From a virus: a stretch of 43,946 nucleotides of DNA. Each line of letters begins with the position of its first letter. Within the stretch, counting starts at the first letter, position 1. This document shows, piece by piece, positions 23,132 through 32,330 of this stretch. The notes below the pieces were generated by a model. The model made no database searches and had not been told where the DNA came from. It worked only from the letters and a program-made list of their open reading frames with translations. A program made the position numbers and the translations under genes. The stretch lies in IMG/VR virus record IMGVR_UViG_3300013102_000016, positions 1-43,946 of that record. The stretch is one strand, 5' to 3'.

Positions 23132-23287
23132 ATGAAAAGTTTTAGCGGGAAAGAATATTTCAGATGGGTCGGCTTTCAGAACGGAATGCGCAAAGTTTTC
23201 CGCTCTCCGCCAAAAAACCTTCCGATGTGGGCGCAAGATGCCTACGGGCGCGGCTGGATCAACGGCTTTCACAGTGTTTCACTTTAA
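23132..23287 (+). CDS. Small basic, Trp-rich protein (51 aa)
   Basis: Below the track cutoff. Translation MKSFSGKEYFRWVGFQNGMRKVFRSPPKNLPMWAQDAYGRGWINGFHSVSL. Directly behind the promoter and leader. Preferred over the out-of-frame track ORF 23164..23448. Confidence 0.5.
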   Translation: MKSFSGKEYFRWVGFQNGMRKVFRSPPKNLPMWAQDAYGRGWINGFHSVSL

Positions 23288-23299
23288 GGGGTTGCCACC

Positions 23300-23656
23300 A
23301 TGCCACTCTTAACCGCCGCAATCATTGTCTGCGGAGCACTGCCGGCCGCAAATTCTCCGCTAGTCTGCCGCGCCCAGGTCTACCACGGGATCGAAGGCCG
23401 GCAACACGAATGTTCGGTAGCCGCTATCCGAAAGGCGCGCATTACTGAATTCAACTTCGTCAAAGTCGGCGCACTGGTTCGCACTCGATCCCACGCCGAA
23501 TGCTTCTACGCTGACGACGAAGGATCCGTAATTTTCTACCTGCCAGAATTCATGGCGGTTCAACTCGGCGCCGACAGTTCAACGGTTGTCGAATATGATG
23601 TTGTTGATGGTGCGCCGGTTATGCGTGCGCCTGATGCTTTTGCAAAGGAGCTTTGA
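23300..23656 (+). CDS. Hypothetical protein (118 aa) with a hydrophobic N-terminus
   Basis: ATG 8 nt after AAGGGG. The N-terminus MPLLTAAIIVCGALPAANS is signal-like. Confidence 0.55.
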   Translation: MPLLTAAIIVCGALPAANSPLVCRAQVYHGIEGRQHECSVAAIRKARITEFNFVKVGALVRTRSHAECFYADDEGSVIFYLPEFMAVQLGADSSTVVEYDVVDGAPVMRAPDAFAKEL

Positions 23657-23657
23657 G

Positions 23658-23843
23658 ATGGCGATCACCGAAATACTCCGCGAACACGAAGACGGCACCG
23701 GCTTCACGCTGACCACCAAGGATGCCCGTTCGGCGTTCTCGATGGCTGAAAAGATGGCTTTCAGCGGCAAGAAGTATTCGATCAAGCTTGGCAAGCAGCC
23801 TGGTCAGGATTGGGTTTTGGTTGTGGATGAGGTGGCGGAATGA
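23658..23843 (+). CDS. Hypothetical protein (61 aa)
   Basis: Track ORF is 23586..23843. The preferred ATG is 23658, after AAGGAG. Confidence 0.5.
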   Translation: MAITEILREHEDGTGFTLTTKDARSAFSMAEKMAFSGKKYSIKLGKQPGQDWVLVVDEVAE

Positions 23844-24103
23844 ATGGTATCCAGAATGACCCACAGGCAGGGGCAGGGATGTCCGTACAGGAAACGGTTG
23901 ATTGGCTGAAAGCAGTAATGGATAAGAACGGAGCCAAGACCATCATTATCAGCCGAGAATGGGCACGCCGCCTTGAGCTGGAAGGATTTGATATGGATCT
24001 GATAACGGTGGCGGAACCTTTCAGTTATCCTCAGCCCAAGCGCGTTGATAGATTCGCGGAAAACCATAAAGGCCCAAGAGGGCGATGGGGTGCGCTAAAA
24101 TGA
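23840..24103 (+). CDS. Hypothetical protein (87 aa)
   Basis: ORF with an ATGA overlap. Confidence 0.55.
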   Translation: MNGIQNDPQAGAGMSVQETVDWLKAVMDKNGAKTIIISREWARRLELEGFDMDLITVAEPFSYPQPKRVDRFAENHKGPRGRWGALK

Positions 24104-24267
24104 AAAACATGACCACGACGGCTCTTTATCAAAACTACCCATGGATGCCTTCAGCGTGGGTTGGCAGCGGCAGGGTAATCGAACTGGAAATGCTTTCCGA
24201 TGCCAGCAGGAAGAAATACGCAGCGGTCAAAGCGACCTCGGCAATCATGCGGGCTATGCGGGAATAG
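24100..24267 (+). CDS. Hypothetical protein (55 aa), last gene of the plus arm
   Basis: Track ORF is 24085..24267. The preferred ATG is 24100 (ATGA overlap). Confidence 0.45.
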   Translation: MKNMTTTALYQNYPWMPSAWVGSGRVIELEMLSDASRKKYAAVKATSAIMRAMRE

Positions 24268-24270
24268 CTA

Positions 24271-24720
24271 TTATGGAGCGCTACGGCTTTTCAGCTCGGC
24301 GCGGCAGAAATTCAGCAACCTCAATTGCTCTGCTGCGCCGGATCGAAGATTGGAAAGAGTTCGTTGATAAGCGGGATCAAGCTCGACGGTTCCGCTCTTA
24401 GCTCCGCCGGCATTGGCTTCGGTGCCGGACACTGCGGGGCAAGTTGCGCGGACGTGCACGCGCTTAGTGCCAGCGCTGATAGAAGCATCGCGCAAGGCCT
24501 CGATCTGCTTGAATTGATCAAACTCATTCTGGATTGCCTCTTTCTGATTCTCGGCTGCAAGCGTTTTTCTTTCTCCATCAGCCCAAGATTCGATAAGCTT
24601 GCTGGACTGATCTTGCCGAAGATCTGCAACATCTTTATCCCATCGCAGAGCCTGAACATTCCAGGCGACTCCAAAGCCGACTACGAGCGCCAGACCTGAA
24701 GCGGCCAGCGTCATATTCAT
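24271..24720 (-). CDS. i-spanin (Rz-like, 149 aa)
   Basis: Track ORF is 24271..24810. The preferred ATG is 24720 (ATGA overlap with the lysin stop). N-terminal TM MNMTLAASGLALVVGFGVAW is followed by a coiled, charged periplasmic region. Confidence 0.7.
   Translation of the reverse strand: MNMTLAASGLALVVGFGVAWNVQALRWDKDVADLRQDQSSKLIESWADGERKTLAAENQKEAIQNEFDQFKQIEALRDASISAGTKRVHVRATCPAVSGTEANAGGAKSGTVELDPAYQRTLSNLRSGAAEQLRLLNFCRAELKSRSAP
24321..24527 (-). CDS. o-spanin (Rz1-like lipoprotein) embedded in the i-spanin gene
   Basis: Lies in a different frame, entirely inside 24271..24720. Translation MSLINSSRSRPCAMLLSALALSAC-TSAQ..., with lipobox LSAC and a Pro-rich mature part. The start could alternatively be 24488. 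Confidence 0.65.
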   Translation of the reverse strand: MSLINSSRSRPCAMLLSALALSACTSAQLAPQCPAPKPMPAELRAEPSSLIPLINELFPIFDPAQQSN

Positions 24721-25190
24721 TGCCCATACTCCAATCCGAATGCCCAAGCCTCGCGCCATGTCTGCGGATGCGGTTTGCCAGGACGCCAGACACGCATGTA
24801 GAGCGCCCATCCCTCTTCCTGAGTGTCCGGCATCGCGAACGGATCGGTGTACATCAGCAGGCGAGCAAATGCCGCGCCAAGCACGTCATCGGTATCCATG
24901 GCGCGCCAAACCTTTTCGCGCTCGAATGGGACTCCGCAAGCATCGCACACGTGTCGGGCTAGCGAGGCGATCTTGCCGCCGTCAGCTTTGAACTCCATGA
25001 CGCCCTTGACCCCGCCGCCTTTCTCAAACTGCCAATAGCTGCGAGCCGGGCCATTGCCGTACTGAATGCGGGTCAGGTATTTGGTCTCCTGATAGCCGAA
25101 AGCCGCCAGGTTAACCCGAGCTGGCCGCGTATCCATCTTCGCTGGCAGCAACTGGAATGCCGTCTCGATTGCCGCCTTTGGATAAGTCAT
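24717..25190 (-). CDS. Endolysin (lysozyme or lytic-transglycosylase-like, 157 aa)
   Basis: Located between the holin-like genes and the spanins. GYQETKY...YWQFEKGGG is suggestive of a lysozyme-like fold. Not searched. Confidence 0.6.
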   Translation of the reverse strand: MTYPKAAIETAFQLLPAKMDTRPARVNLAAFGYQETKYLTRIQYGNGPARSYWQFEKGGGVKGVMEFKADGGKIASLARHVCDACGVPFEREKVWRAMDTDDVLGAAFARLLMYTDPFAMPDTQEEGWALYMRVWRPGKPHPQTWREAWAFGLEYGQ

Positions 25191-25546
25191 TTCGCCTCAC
25201 CATTCTGAAAATAAAACATCTTCGACACATTGCCCTGCGCCCTGCTGAGCAGCACGAACAGGATGGCAAAGGTCAACGTATTGTAGAATGACACGACGGG
25301 CCAGTTGCCGTACATCACGACGCGACCAACGATGCTCAGCCATTGCTGCGCACACAGAGAGGCGAGGCCGAATGCACATGCGCTGGGCAATAATCGATAT
25401 GCAGCATCGCCGCGGCGAAACTTGAATGCAATCTGGTAAGCGCATCCGCCGCAGAACATGGCCTGCATCGTGGCAACTATCTGAATCCAATATAAATCCA
25501 CTGTATAAATGATCAGCCAGTAGACTTGAATTGCTGTATCGATCAT
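25187..25546 (-). CDS. Membrane protein, holin/antiholin candidate (119 aa)
   Basis: Has 3-4 hydrophobic helices. 4-nt overlaps with both neighbours in the lysis cassette. Confidence 0.6.
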   Translation of the reverse strand: MIDTAIQVYWLIIYTVDLYWIQIVATMQAMFCGGCAYQIAFKFRRGDAAYRLLPSACAFGLASLCAQQWLSIVGRVVMYGNWPVVSFYNTLTFAILFVLLSRAQGNVSKMFYFQNGEAK

Positions 25547-25944
25547 TCAGTTTTCCCCTTGCCGAAGAACCTTGCGATCAGCGATTGAAGCCACGCTGGC
25601 CAGGTTCCGGTTTGGAATGCCTCAATGACACTGATGCAGACAACGATACACACCAGACCAGCGATAAAGGACGAGAAACCAGATGTCCGCGTCCATGCCA
25701 AAGAGAGGAGTTCGGCGGCGCCAAAATAGCCGCCTATCCATCCGACAATCAAATAGCCGGCGCGTTGCCAGTTGTTGATGTCTTTTGCGAACAGGATAAA
25801 AAAGAAGGCGCCTCCAAAGGCGCCAATAACCGCAGATAAATCCAGGCCAGGAAACATGCTCGCCAACCCCACGCCAGCCGTTCCTACGGCAAGCTGCGTT
25901 CCTGCTACTGTGAGGCTGTCTGCCATATTGCCCTCGCCTACCAT
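25543..25944 (-). CDS. Membrane protein, holin candidate (133 aa; alternative start 25926)
   Basis: Gly-rich hydrophobic helices (AGVGLASMFPGLDLSAVIGAFGGAFFFILF..., LIVGWIGGYFGAA...). Confidence 0.6.
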   Translation of the reverse strand: MVGEGNMADSLTVAGTQLAVGTAGVGLASMFPGLDLSAVIGAFGGAFFFILFAKDINNWQRAGYLIVGWIGGYFGAAELLSLAWTRTSGFSSFIAGLVCIVVCISVIEAFQTGTWPAWLQSLIARFFGKGKTE

Positions 25945-26201
25945 GATTTAGGATGCCGCCACTCGGCGCCGGTAAAAAAGCCGTGACCGGCAAAAAGGCA
26001 AATTGCCATACCTAGGATTATACACAGTAGAGAGACATGATCCCATTGCCTGGATGGCTGCTCATCTGGTATGTAGCGAACGCCCTGAATGATCAGGAAC
26101 GCCGCCACGAACATGTTCGCGCTGATATCGCGATGCTGGACGAAATTCCAGATCGCTACGGACAGGCAAAGAAAGCTTATACAGTTTGGGCGGCTCAACA
26201 T
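25938..26201 (-). CDS. Small membrane protein (87 aa)
   Basis: Track ORF is 25938..26339. The preferred ATG is 26201 (MLSRPNCISFLCLSVAIWNF...), abutting the stop of the fibre-assembly gene. Confidence 0.5.
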   Translation of the reverse strand: MLSRPNCISFLCLSVAIWNFVQHRDISANMFVAAFLIIQGVRYIPDEQPSRQWDHVSLLCIILGMAICLFAGHGFFTGAEWRHPKSW

Positions 26202-26782
26202 CACACCGAAGCCTGCGTAGGCCTTGCTGCCGAAATACTCAGATCCATTCCCTCTGATGGCTGATCCGGCCAGATGACATCTGGCGGCCAACCTTCCTGA
26301 GTAGTTACCCTGCCGAGCAATACAGCATAGCGTTTCCATGCTGTAAGTTGCGCCTGCCGAATTGGTAGTTCGGAAATCTCTTCCGGAGTCGCCTCTTCAA
26401 ATTCAATGGCGTCGTTGATAACGCCTATTCGGTTACTAAGGGCAGCCTTTTGAGCTGCCGCTAGCTGATTTAGCTGCTGAAGTTTTGCGCTCTGGCTGGC
26501 AAGAACCTGTGCGGCTGTCGGCGGCGGGGCAACATACGGCTGCAAAAGCCATTTGCCATCTACAAGATCGGCAGTCCAGCCCTGCACCGGCTGAGGATCC
26601 ATGTCAGTTATATCCACCATGGTGGCTACCAGTTCTGCCGGGTATCGCACTTCAATCGGGCGCTCAGTCCCAATCCTGCTTTCATCGCCTTCCTGCCAAT
26701 CCGGGGCTTCAGTATCATAAGGGGGCGCGGGAGGGATAATCTCCACCACAAAACCGCCGTCAATCCTCGCATAAACTTTCAT
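26201..26782 (-). CDS. Tail fibre assembly chaperone (193 aa)
   Basis: The C-terminal ...EATPEEISELPIRQAQLTAWKRYAVLLGRVTTQEGWPPDVIWPDQP matches the tail-fibre-assembly (Caudo_TAP) pattern. Lies immediately after the fibre gene. Confidence 0.7.
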   Translation of the reverse strand: MKVYARIDGGFVVEIIPPAPPYDTEAPDWQEGDESRIGTERPIEVRYPAELVATMVDITDMDPQPVQGWTADLVDGKWLLQPYVAPPPTAAQVLASQSAKLQQLNQLAAAQKAALSNRIGVINDAIEFEEATPEEISELPIRQAQLTAWKRYAVLLGRVTTQEGWPPDVIWPDQPSEGMDLSISAARPTQASV

Positions 26783-26783
26783 G

Positions 26784-27854
26784 TTATGAATACTCCGTAA
26801 TGCGGATCATACCACCTGCTCCGGCGCCGCCAGATGCGCCTCCGGCGATGTTTGCAAGCAAAGAGGAGCCACCACCTCCGCCACCATAGCTTGTTGCTGC
26901 TACCCCGTTGGAGGTGCCACTAACAAACATCCCGCCAGCACCCAGTAAGGAACTGCCCCCTGCTCCGCTGATAGGAGAGGCGGCGAGCGCCCCATAGTTA
27001 CCATGTCCGCCTTGAGCGTTTACAATATTTCCGTTCGTGCCAATGCCGCCAACTGCGCCACCAGCGAGCAGCGTGCCTGTAGGCACTGCCAGCGCCGCAC
27101 CGGCAGTACCGCCAGACCCTCCCGTAGCGCTAAGTAGTGCACCAACAGAGGTTGTAGATCCCGCTGCGCCAGCGCTATTGGCGGCGCTGCTGCCACCAGG
27201 CCCGACAGAAAGAGTTACCCCGCTTAGTGCAGAGATGGTGAGCCAGCTAGCTGAATAACCCCCAGCACCACCTCCACTTGCAGCAGCGATCTGCCCAGAT
27301 CCCGTACCAAAGCATCCACCACCACCACCACCGCCACCAACAGCCTCCACCATTGCGTTTACAGCGCCAGCAATAGGGGTAAATGTAGTGGCAGCAGTAA
27401 CAAATGGGGCCCCATCTACAGATACTTGCAATGTGCTACCGTTGATCCTGTATGTGGATCTACGAAGGATTCGCCCTGAAGTCGGCGACCTCCAGAATGT
27501 AGGAGATGTTGACGGGTTGTTATTGACGTTAGTGTTTGCAAGCGAAATATAGATGATCCCGCCAAGCACCGTGACGCTTCCTAGATGGTATTCCTGACTG
27601 GCGTTATATTCAGCAATCCCCACCTGATGAAGGTAAGCCAGAAGCTGACCGTGCGTGTACATTGCCCCGTTGAAGTCCTCAAGAGAAGGCTGATCAGAAG
27701 GGCCGACAATCCCCCACCCCCTGAGGAAACTTGCAGTAACCTGGCTGGTCAGGTCGTTGGACTGGGTAACGGATCCGAATATCGTTCTTTCGGTTCCTGG
27801 TGCCGCCGATGCAAAGGCTTTTAGGTCACCGTTGTATCTGACAATTTTAGCCAT
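26784..27854 (-). CDS. Tail fibre protein with a glycine-rich C-terminal half (356 aa)
   Basis: N-terminal conserved fibre region (DFNGAMYTHGQLLAYLHQVGIAEYN...). Long Gly/Ala/Ser-rich region including GGGGGGGC and GGGAGG runs. Confidence 0.75.
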   Translation of the reverse strand: MAKIVRYNGDLKAFASAAPGTERTIFGSVTQSNDLTSQVTASFLRGWGIVGPSDQPSLEDFNGAMYTHGQLLAYLHQVGIAEYNASQEYHLGSVTVLGGIIYISLANTNVNNNPSTSPTFWRSPTSGRILRRSTYRINGSTLQVSVDGAPFVTAATTFTPIAGAVNAMVEAVGGGGGGGGCFGTGSGQIAAASGGGAGGYSASWLTISALSGVTLSVGPGGSSAANSAGAAGSTTSVGALLSATGGSGGTAGAALAVPTGTLLAGGAVGGIGTNGNIVNAQGGHGNYGALAASPISGAGGSSLLGAGGMFVSGTSNGVAATSYGGGGGGSSLLANIAGGASGGAGAGGMIRITEYS

Positions 27855-27855
27855 C

Positions 27856-28572
27856 TTAAATCACCTTTCTTGCAAAGAAGCCGCCGACACGTGTCGGATC
27901 AAATTTACTCGCAAAACCTTGCGAAAGAGCATTATTTGAGAAGCCAAAAGTTAGTCCTGGCTCTGCTTGAATGATAACTTTGTAGCGAACGCCTTGAGGC
28001 TTCGGCAACAAGTTAAGGCTTTGTATCAAGCGCAACCTATCTAGACTGACCACCGACGAAACGTAAAGCGTAAGGGTCATATCAAGATTGTCTATTACGT
28101 ATGCTCGACCATCAAAAGCAGAGAGTACAACGTCTTGTATGCTGATATATTGGTCACTGGATACGTATCCAGCAGCTCTATTCAGCGCGGCTTTCACTCT
28201 AATGAAAAACCGATAATCACTATCTCCTAACTGGAGGTCGGTAAAGGCTGAAGAGAATTTGCTGTAGAATGGCCCGCCTATTCGCATTGGGTCAAATTTG
28301 CTTGAGAACCCCTTATCAATCGGATTTATATCAAATCCGAAATAAACCTTGGGGATGATTCCCGGAACCGATCTGCCTATGCCGACGATCCTGCCAAGCA
28401 CGTCGAGCTGCGCACCAATGGCATTATCCAAATCGAATGCCGCATCAAGCGAATCGATGAACCCGCGCGCAACCTCCCAGGTGGAGGCTTGCAGTTCAAT
28501 TTCCGCTTTAGCCTTTGTCTTTTCCCAATACTGCTTTATGAGCAGGTTCGAGGTCTCATCGATAAGCGACAT
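27856..28572 (-). CDS. Baseplate wedge or fibre-attachment protein (DUF2612 / P2 gpI-like, 238 aa)
   Basis: Positioned after the baseplate J gene. N-terminal ...LDNAIGAQLDVLGRIVGIGRS pattern. Confidence 0.55.
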   Translation of the reverse strand: MSLIDETSNLLIKQYWEKTKAKAEIELQASTWEVARGFIDSLDAAFDLDNAIGAQLDVLGRIVGIGRSVPGIIPKVYFGFDINPIDKGFSSKFDPMRIGGPFYSKFSSAFTDLQLGDSDYRFFIRVKAALNRAAGYVSSDQYISIQDVVLSAFDGRAYVIDNLDMTLTLYVSSVVSLDRLRLIQSLNLLPKPQGVRYKVIIQAEPGLTFGFSNNALSQGFASKFDPTRVGGFFARKVI

Positions 28573-29762
28573 CAGATCACCTCGGTGATGTTGATATTCG
28601 CCACGTCTATTTCAAATTTAGCACCAGCGCCAGGGGAAAGGCTGCCGTCGGTAAACGTGATGTTATCTTTGCTGATTTTCATCAATGTCAGAATGAAATC
28701 ATCGCCTGCAGTGTAGGCGGGGCAGTACAGAGTCGAGGCCTCAAGTGAGTCACCGATATAAAACTTATAGGCAGCAATCTTCTGCTTGATTAGCGCCAAA
28801 TCAATTGGAACCAGAGGTGCTTTGCGCTTGGCGGTAAGCGTAATGTATAGCGGCACTGGCAGCGGGCGATCAAAGCGGCGCACTTGGCTAACGCTGAAGG
28901 TACTTCCATCCGGCCTTGTGAGCGTCTCCGGAATGGCTGCCACGATACTTCCCTTAATGCCCGTACCGCCAGTTTTCTGGTAAAGCAAGACCTGCATGAT
29001 GTCATCAATTGTTCCACCCTCCACAACAGGCCAGATGCTATGGGCATCCAAATTCCAATCTGGATTAGATGGTGGCCCAAAGCTATCGGTGTCGTTATCG
29101 TAAACTCGGGCATCAGTCACGCCGGCAGTATTAAGAAGGCGGGCGGCTAAAGAATTAGTCGTGGAAAAAGCCGGATTCTCAAGGCTAAGGTTTCGCTTCT
29201 GAACGAACTCTTCGTCAGTCTCTTCATCCTTACCTGGCTCGGCGTCAGTCGCAGCCGAGAATCCTGTAACGCCAAGCACAACGGTAACGGGCGTAAAGAC
29301 AGCGCCAGCCAGCCCGGTTACCGAACCAAAGTCAGCAGCCTGGAAAGTGATTGGAGATGTGCCAATCGGCAGAATAACCGGCGCTGGCAACTCCCATAGC
29401 TGGCCGAGATCATCGGATATTTGATACCCGGTCGGCAGTGTCAAAATGCGAGTTGTGACGACTGACATATCCCAGAATGAGCGAGTTGCAGGGCGGGGGA
29501 ATATTCCGGACAGTTTGGCGATTTTCGCCTGGAAGATGCCGCGAGCGAAGTCTGGGTCGAAGTTATTGGCGATCCACAGGCCAAACGCCTGCATGTCAGC
29601 CCGAGATTTGGCCTCAATTGCCACACGCTGGCCATCAGGACTTTCTTGATCGAGGTTGATGTCGACACCGTAGATCGCTTGATAGCCCGCCACAAGCTCA
29701 GCAAAGATCTCATCAAAGCTCTGGATCGTGATGCCGCTGGCGTCAATCGTCGGGCCTGCCAT
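28572..29762 (-). CDS. Baseplate J-like protein (396 aa)
   Basis: Size and position between the gp25/W-like and gpI-like genes. ATGA overlaps at both ends. Confidence 0.65.
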   Translation of the reverse strand: MAGPTIDASGITIQSFDEIFAELVAGYQAIYGVDINLDQESPDGQRVAIEAKSRADMQAFGLWIANNFDPDFARGIFQAKIAKLSGIFPRPATRSFWDMSVVTTRILTLPTGYQISDDLGQLWELPAPVILPIGTSPITFQAADFGSVTGLAGAVFTPVTVVLGVTGFSAATDAEPGKDEETDEEFVQKRNLSLENPAFSTTNSLAARLLNTAGVTDARVYDNDTDSFGPPSNPDWNLDAHSIWPVVEGGTIDDIMQVLLYQKTGGTGIKGSIVAAIPETLTRPDGSTFSVSQVRRFDRPLPVPLYITLTAKRKAPLVPIDLALIKQKIAAYKFYIGDSLEASTLYCPAYTAGDDFILTLMKISKDNITFTDGSLSPGAGAKFEIDVANINITEVI

Positions 29763-30115
29763 CAGATGATAATCTCTTCGTTGAATTCTTCGTCAAAAAT
29801 CGTGCCAAACGCAAGCATTATAGTGGCATTGCGGGTGCTTGTCTTGACTTCGATTTCAAGCTTGGTGATGGTCGTAACACCATCGGTTGACAGGGTTACG
29901 CGTTCGACGGCGCGCAGGATCTCTTCTTTGGTATCTCGGCGGCCGAGCAGGTCGATCCAGTCGATATTGGCATCAACGTCAAGGAAGAAATCGGTTCGGA
30001 AGGATTTCAGACGAGTGACCACATTCTGACGCACGGCATCGCCGCGAGAAACGTAGACGGCCAGTCCTCGGCCAAACCGCCAATCACCGTCCTCATCAAG
30101 TCCTGATACGCGCAT
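29762..30115 (-). CDS. Small baseplate protein (gp25/W- or XkdS-like, 117 aa)
   Basis: Position is between the spike and baseplate J genes. Typical size. Confidence 0.5.
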   Translation of the reverse strand: MRVSGLDEDGDWRFGRGLAVYVSRGDAVRQNVVTRLKSFRTDFFLDVDANIDWIDLLGRRDTKEEILRAVERVTLSTDGVTTITKLEIEVKTSTRNATIMLAFGTIFDEEFNEEIII

Positions 30116-30153
30116 GTCATCACCTGCAAGAGCTATGCCAGCATCTTACATCA

Positions 30154-30759
30154 TCACGCGACGTTTGTGATTATGCCGTGAACAACGGTTACGTTCCGGC
30201 TATCACCGGTTCGAAATACACCAGTCCAGCCTGGAACACCGCCTACAGAGTAGGTTGTGGAATCCGTGTTCAGGCTCACGTCGAGATTTCCAGTCAGCGT
30301 GTAGTTGCCGGTATGGATGTAGTTGCCGGTCACCGTTGAGTCACCAAACCGCTCGATGGTCGCAGGGATGGTTTTCGCCATGGAAGCAGGGGATACGCCG
30401 ACCAGGGCGAAACAGTCGCTATAATCATGCATGCGCTGTTCGATTGGCGGGACGTTGTCTGCGCCGCCATACCAGCGGTCGAAAGATCGCTCGCTGACCA
30501 GCAGGAGGCAGTAGTCGCCAACAGCCAGAGGGTGCGCATCGTAGCTGGTGCCGCCACTGAGGAACACTGGCGGCACAGAGGGGAACACTGGGAGCTGAAT
30601 GGCTGCGCCGTCGACCACGCGCTGGATAACCGGCTGACAGTCGATGGTGATTGAGCCGACGGCGGTGATCTTGGCGACGACGATGGTGTGGGTATTCGCA
30701 AGCGCCGTGATGATACCGTCGTTCATTACATCAGTGAGTTCTTCTTTCTTGGCGGTCAT
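30154..30759 (-). CDS. Baseplate central spike / gpV-like protein (201 aa)
   Basis: GDYCLLLVSERSFDRWY...RMHDYSDCFALVG resembles the phage baseplate assembly protein V / Mu gp45 OB-fold region. Confidence 0.6.
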   Translation of the reverse strand: MTAKKEELTDVMNDGIITALANTHTIVVAKITAVGSITIDCQPVIQRVVDGAAIQLPVFPSVPPVFLSGGTSYDAHPLAVGDYCLLLVSERSFDRWYGGADNVPPIEQRMHDYSDCFALVGVSPASMAKTIPATIERFGDSTVTGNYIHTGNYTLTGNLDVSLNTDSTTYSVGGVPGWTGVFRTGDSRNVTVVHGIITNVA

Positions 30760-31640
30760 CGTGGCACCACATAGTTTTCGGCAATTTCACCGGTTACGCG
30801 CTGGAACCAGTCGCTACCGTCGAAGTCGCCACTGTACGTTATCAGGGTACACTTGTAGATGCCATTGCGGTGCGGTGCGGTGACTGAGATCAACTGGTAA
30901 AGGCCCCCGACCTTGATCGAAGGATTCAGGAAGGTCGTGATCGTCACCTCCTTTTTGTCGGCCTCTGGCGTGTTGATCAGGCCGGTTTCAGCGCTGACCA
31001 CTGGAGTATATCCAGACACAACCTCATTGCCGCCAAGAATATTCAAGCGCTCGTCGTCGATGAACCAGCGCTGATCGGGGTCGAGCATGTCCTGAATGGT
31101 CTGCATTGAGTTGCCGACCAGCACCTTGGGTCGGCTGATATCAGCCTGGGCGCCGATCTTGCCCTTCTTGGTGTTCGGCATGGTGCCCAGCACCGCATCG
31201 ACGGCAGCGGCCTTGCTGGTCACTGAGGTGGACACAAAGCCGCGCAGGAAGTCTTCGCCGCCATCCATAGCTGAAATAGTCGTGACGAACTGGCCGTCAT
31301 TCTCGCGAACGCTGCCAGCTTCGTCGATGGATCCGCGAAAGATGGTTTCCAGCCGGCCTTCATAGCCGATCTCCAGCAGCACAGGGAAATAACCCTTATT
31401 CTGATTGGAGGTCGGTTTGTCTTTGCCGTCCTTGTCCTTCTCAGGCTTTTCGTCTGGATCGCGCACAAGTCGACGCCGCTTGTCCTCGTTCAGGCCGTCA
31501 ACTTTGATCGTGGCCTTGTTGAGATCGGCCTTGTCCGACTTGTCCACGCTGAAGCGAATACGGAATGGCGGCAGGATGGTGACAGCCTGCGAGCCAATCC
31601 CGATTGTTAGGCGATAGTCTCGCAGGAATCTGTCGACCAT
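30756..31640 (-). CDS. Baseplate hub-like tail protein (294 aa)
   Basis: Positioned immediately upstream of the spike gene with a 4-nt overlap. No firm motif recognised. Confidence 0.5.
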   Translation of the reverse strand: MVDRFLRDYRLTIGIGSQAVTILPPFRIRFSVDKSDKADLNKATIKVDGLNEDKRRRLVRDPDEKPEKDKDGKDKPTSNQNKGYFPVLLEIGYEGRLETIFRGSIDEAGSVRENDGQFVTTISAMDGGEDFLRGFVSTSVTSKAAAVDAVLGTMPNTKKGKIGAQADISRPKVLVGNSMQTIQDMLDPDQRWFIDDERLNILGGNEVVSGYTPVVSAETGLINTPEADKKEVTITTFLNPSIKVGGLYQLISVTAPHRNGIYKCTLITYSGDFDGSDWFQRVTGEIAENYVVPR

Positions 31641-31691
31641 TTCAGCGTTTCCCGAGGTTTCGCAGGTGGAGGAGCATGTAGATGGTGGCGA

Positions 31692-32330
31692 TCATTCCTC
31701 ACCCTCCACGATTTCGAATTTGCGGTAGCCGGCGTCGTATGCAGCTGCGAAGATTGGTGGCAGACAAGTCGTATTCGTCTCACTTCTCCACCAATCGCCG
31801 CAGTCGTAGGCCATTTGCAGAATGGCCTTTTCTCGTTCTTCCGCCGCGATCTGCTCGGGCGTGCGAACCGGCCCGCACATATCAGCACGGAAGCACATAC
31901 AGGCACCGGCAGCATCCTCGACAGCAACCATTTCATAGCCGTTCACGTTGACGAAGGTGGACAGAACTTTACAGTTCGTGCCGATAAAGCTTTCTGCGCC
32001 TTCTACCACGCCGCGACAGGTTTTGTTGTGGATCTGGACGTAGATGCCAATAGGCGGCTGGCCTTCGCCGTGCCATTCTGCTTGGATAGCCAGCGGGGGG
32101 TATAGCGCATCAACTGCGTCCCGCCATTCTTCGCGGGTGACGACCGGGTAAGGGTCACGCTCAGCGTGATGGGTTTTAAGCTCAACTTTTGGCGCAAGCG
32201 AATGCGCCCCCATCGGATGATCTTCAGGAAAGCTTTGGTACAGCTCGTTATCAACCTGCGATTGAGTCAGCTGCTCAACACCTTCCGGCCACTCCTTCAG
32301 CTCCATCGCCAAAATATCAACCAGTTTCAT
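31692..32330 (-). CDS. Accessory (moron) protein, 212 aa, unknown function
   Basis: Third gene of the promoter-driven cassette. WHGEGQPPIGIYV...FRADMCGPVRTPEQIAAEEREKAI...AYDAGYRK is a pattern I associate with non-structural prophage accessory proteins. Confidence 0.65.
   Translation of the reverse strand: MKLVDILAMELKEWPEGVEQLTQSQVDNELYQSFPEDHPMGAHSLAPKVELKTHHAERDPYPVVTREEWRDAVDALYPPLAIQAEWHGEGQPPIGIYVQIHNKTCRGVVEGAESFIGTNCKVLSTFVNVNGYEMVAVEDAAGACMCFRADMCGPVRTPEQIAAEEREKAILQMAYDCGDWWRSETNTTCLPPIFAAAYDAGYRKFEIVEGEE

Noticed and set aside
23164-23448. 94-aa track ORF overlapping the region behind the 23075 promoter.
   Set aside because: It is out of frame with the ATG placed correctly behind the conserved leader (23132). 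It overlaps the well-supported 23300-23656 ORF, and its translation is Arg/Ser/Leu-rich and low in complexity.
26784-27854. The fibre genes considered as targets of a diversity-generating retroelement.
   Set aside because: No reverse transcriptase ORF and no template-repeat/variable-repeat pair was seen anywhere in the window.
31607-31936. 109-aa minus-strand ORF spanning the gap between the accessory cassette and the baseplate-hub gene.
   Set aside because: It overlaps the 3' end of the 212-aa gene in another frame. It has an Arg/Pro-rich, non-protein-like composition and no SD.
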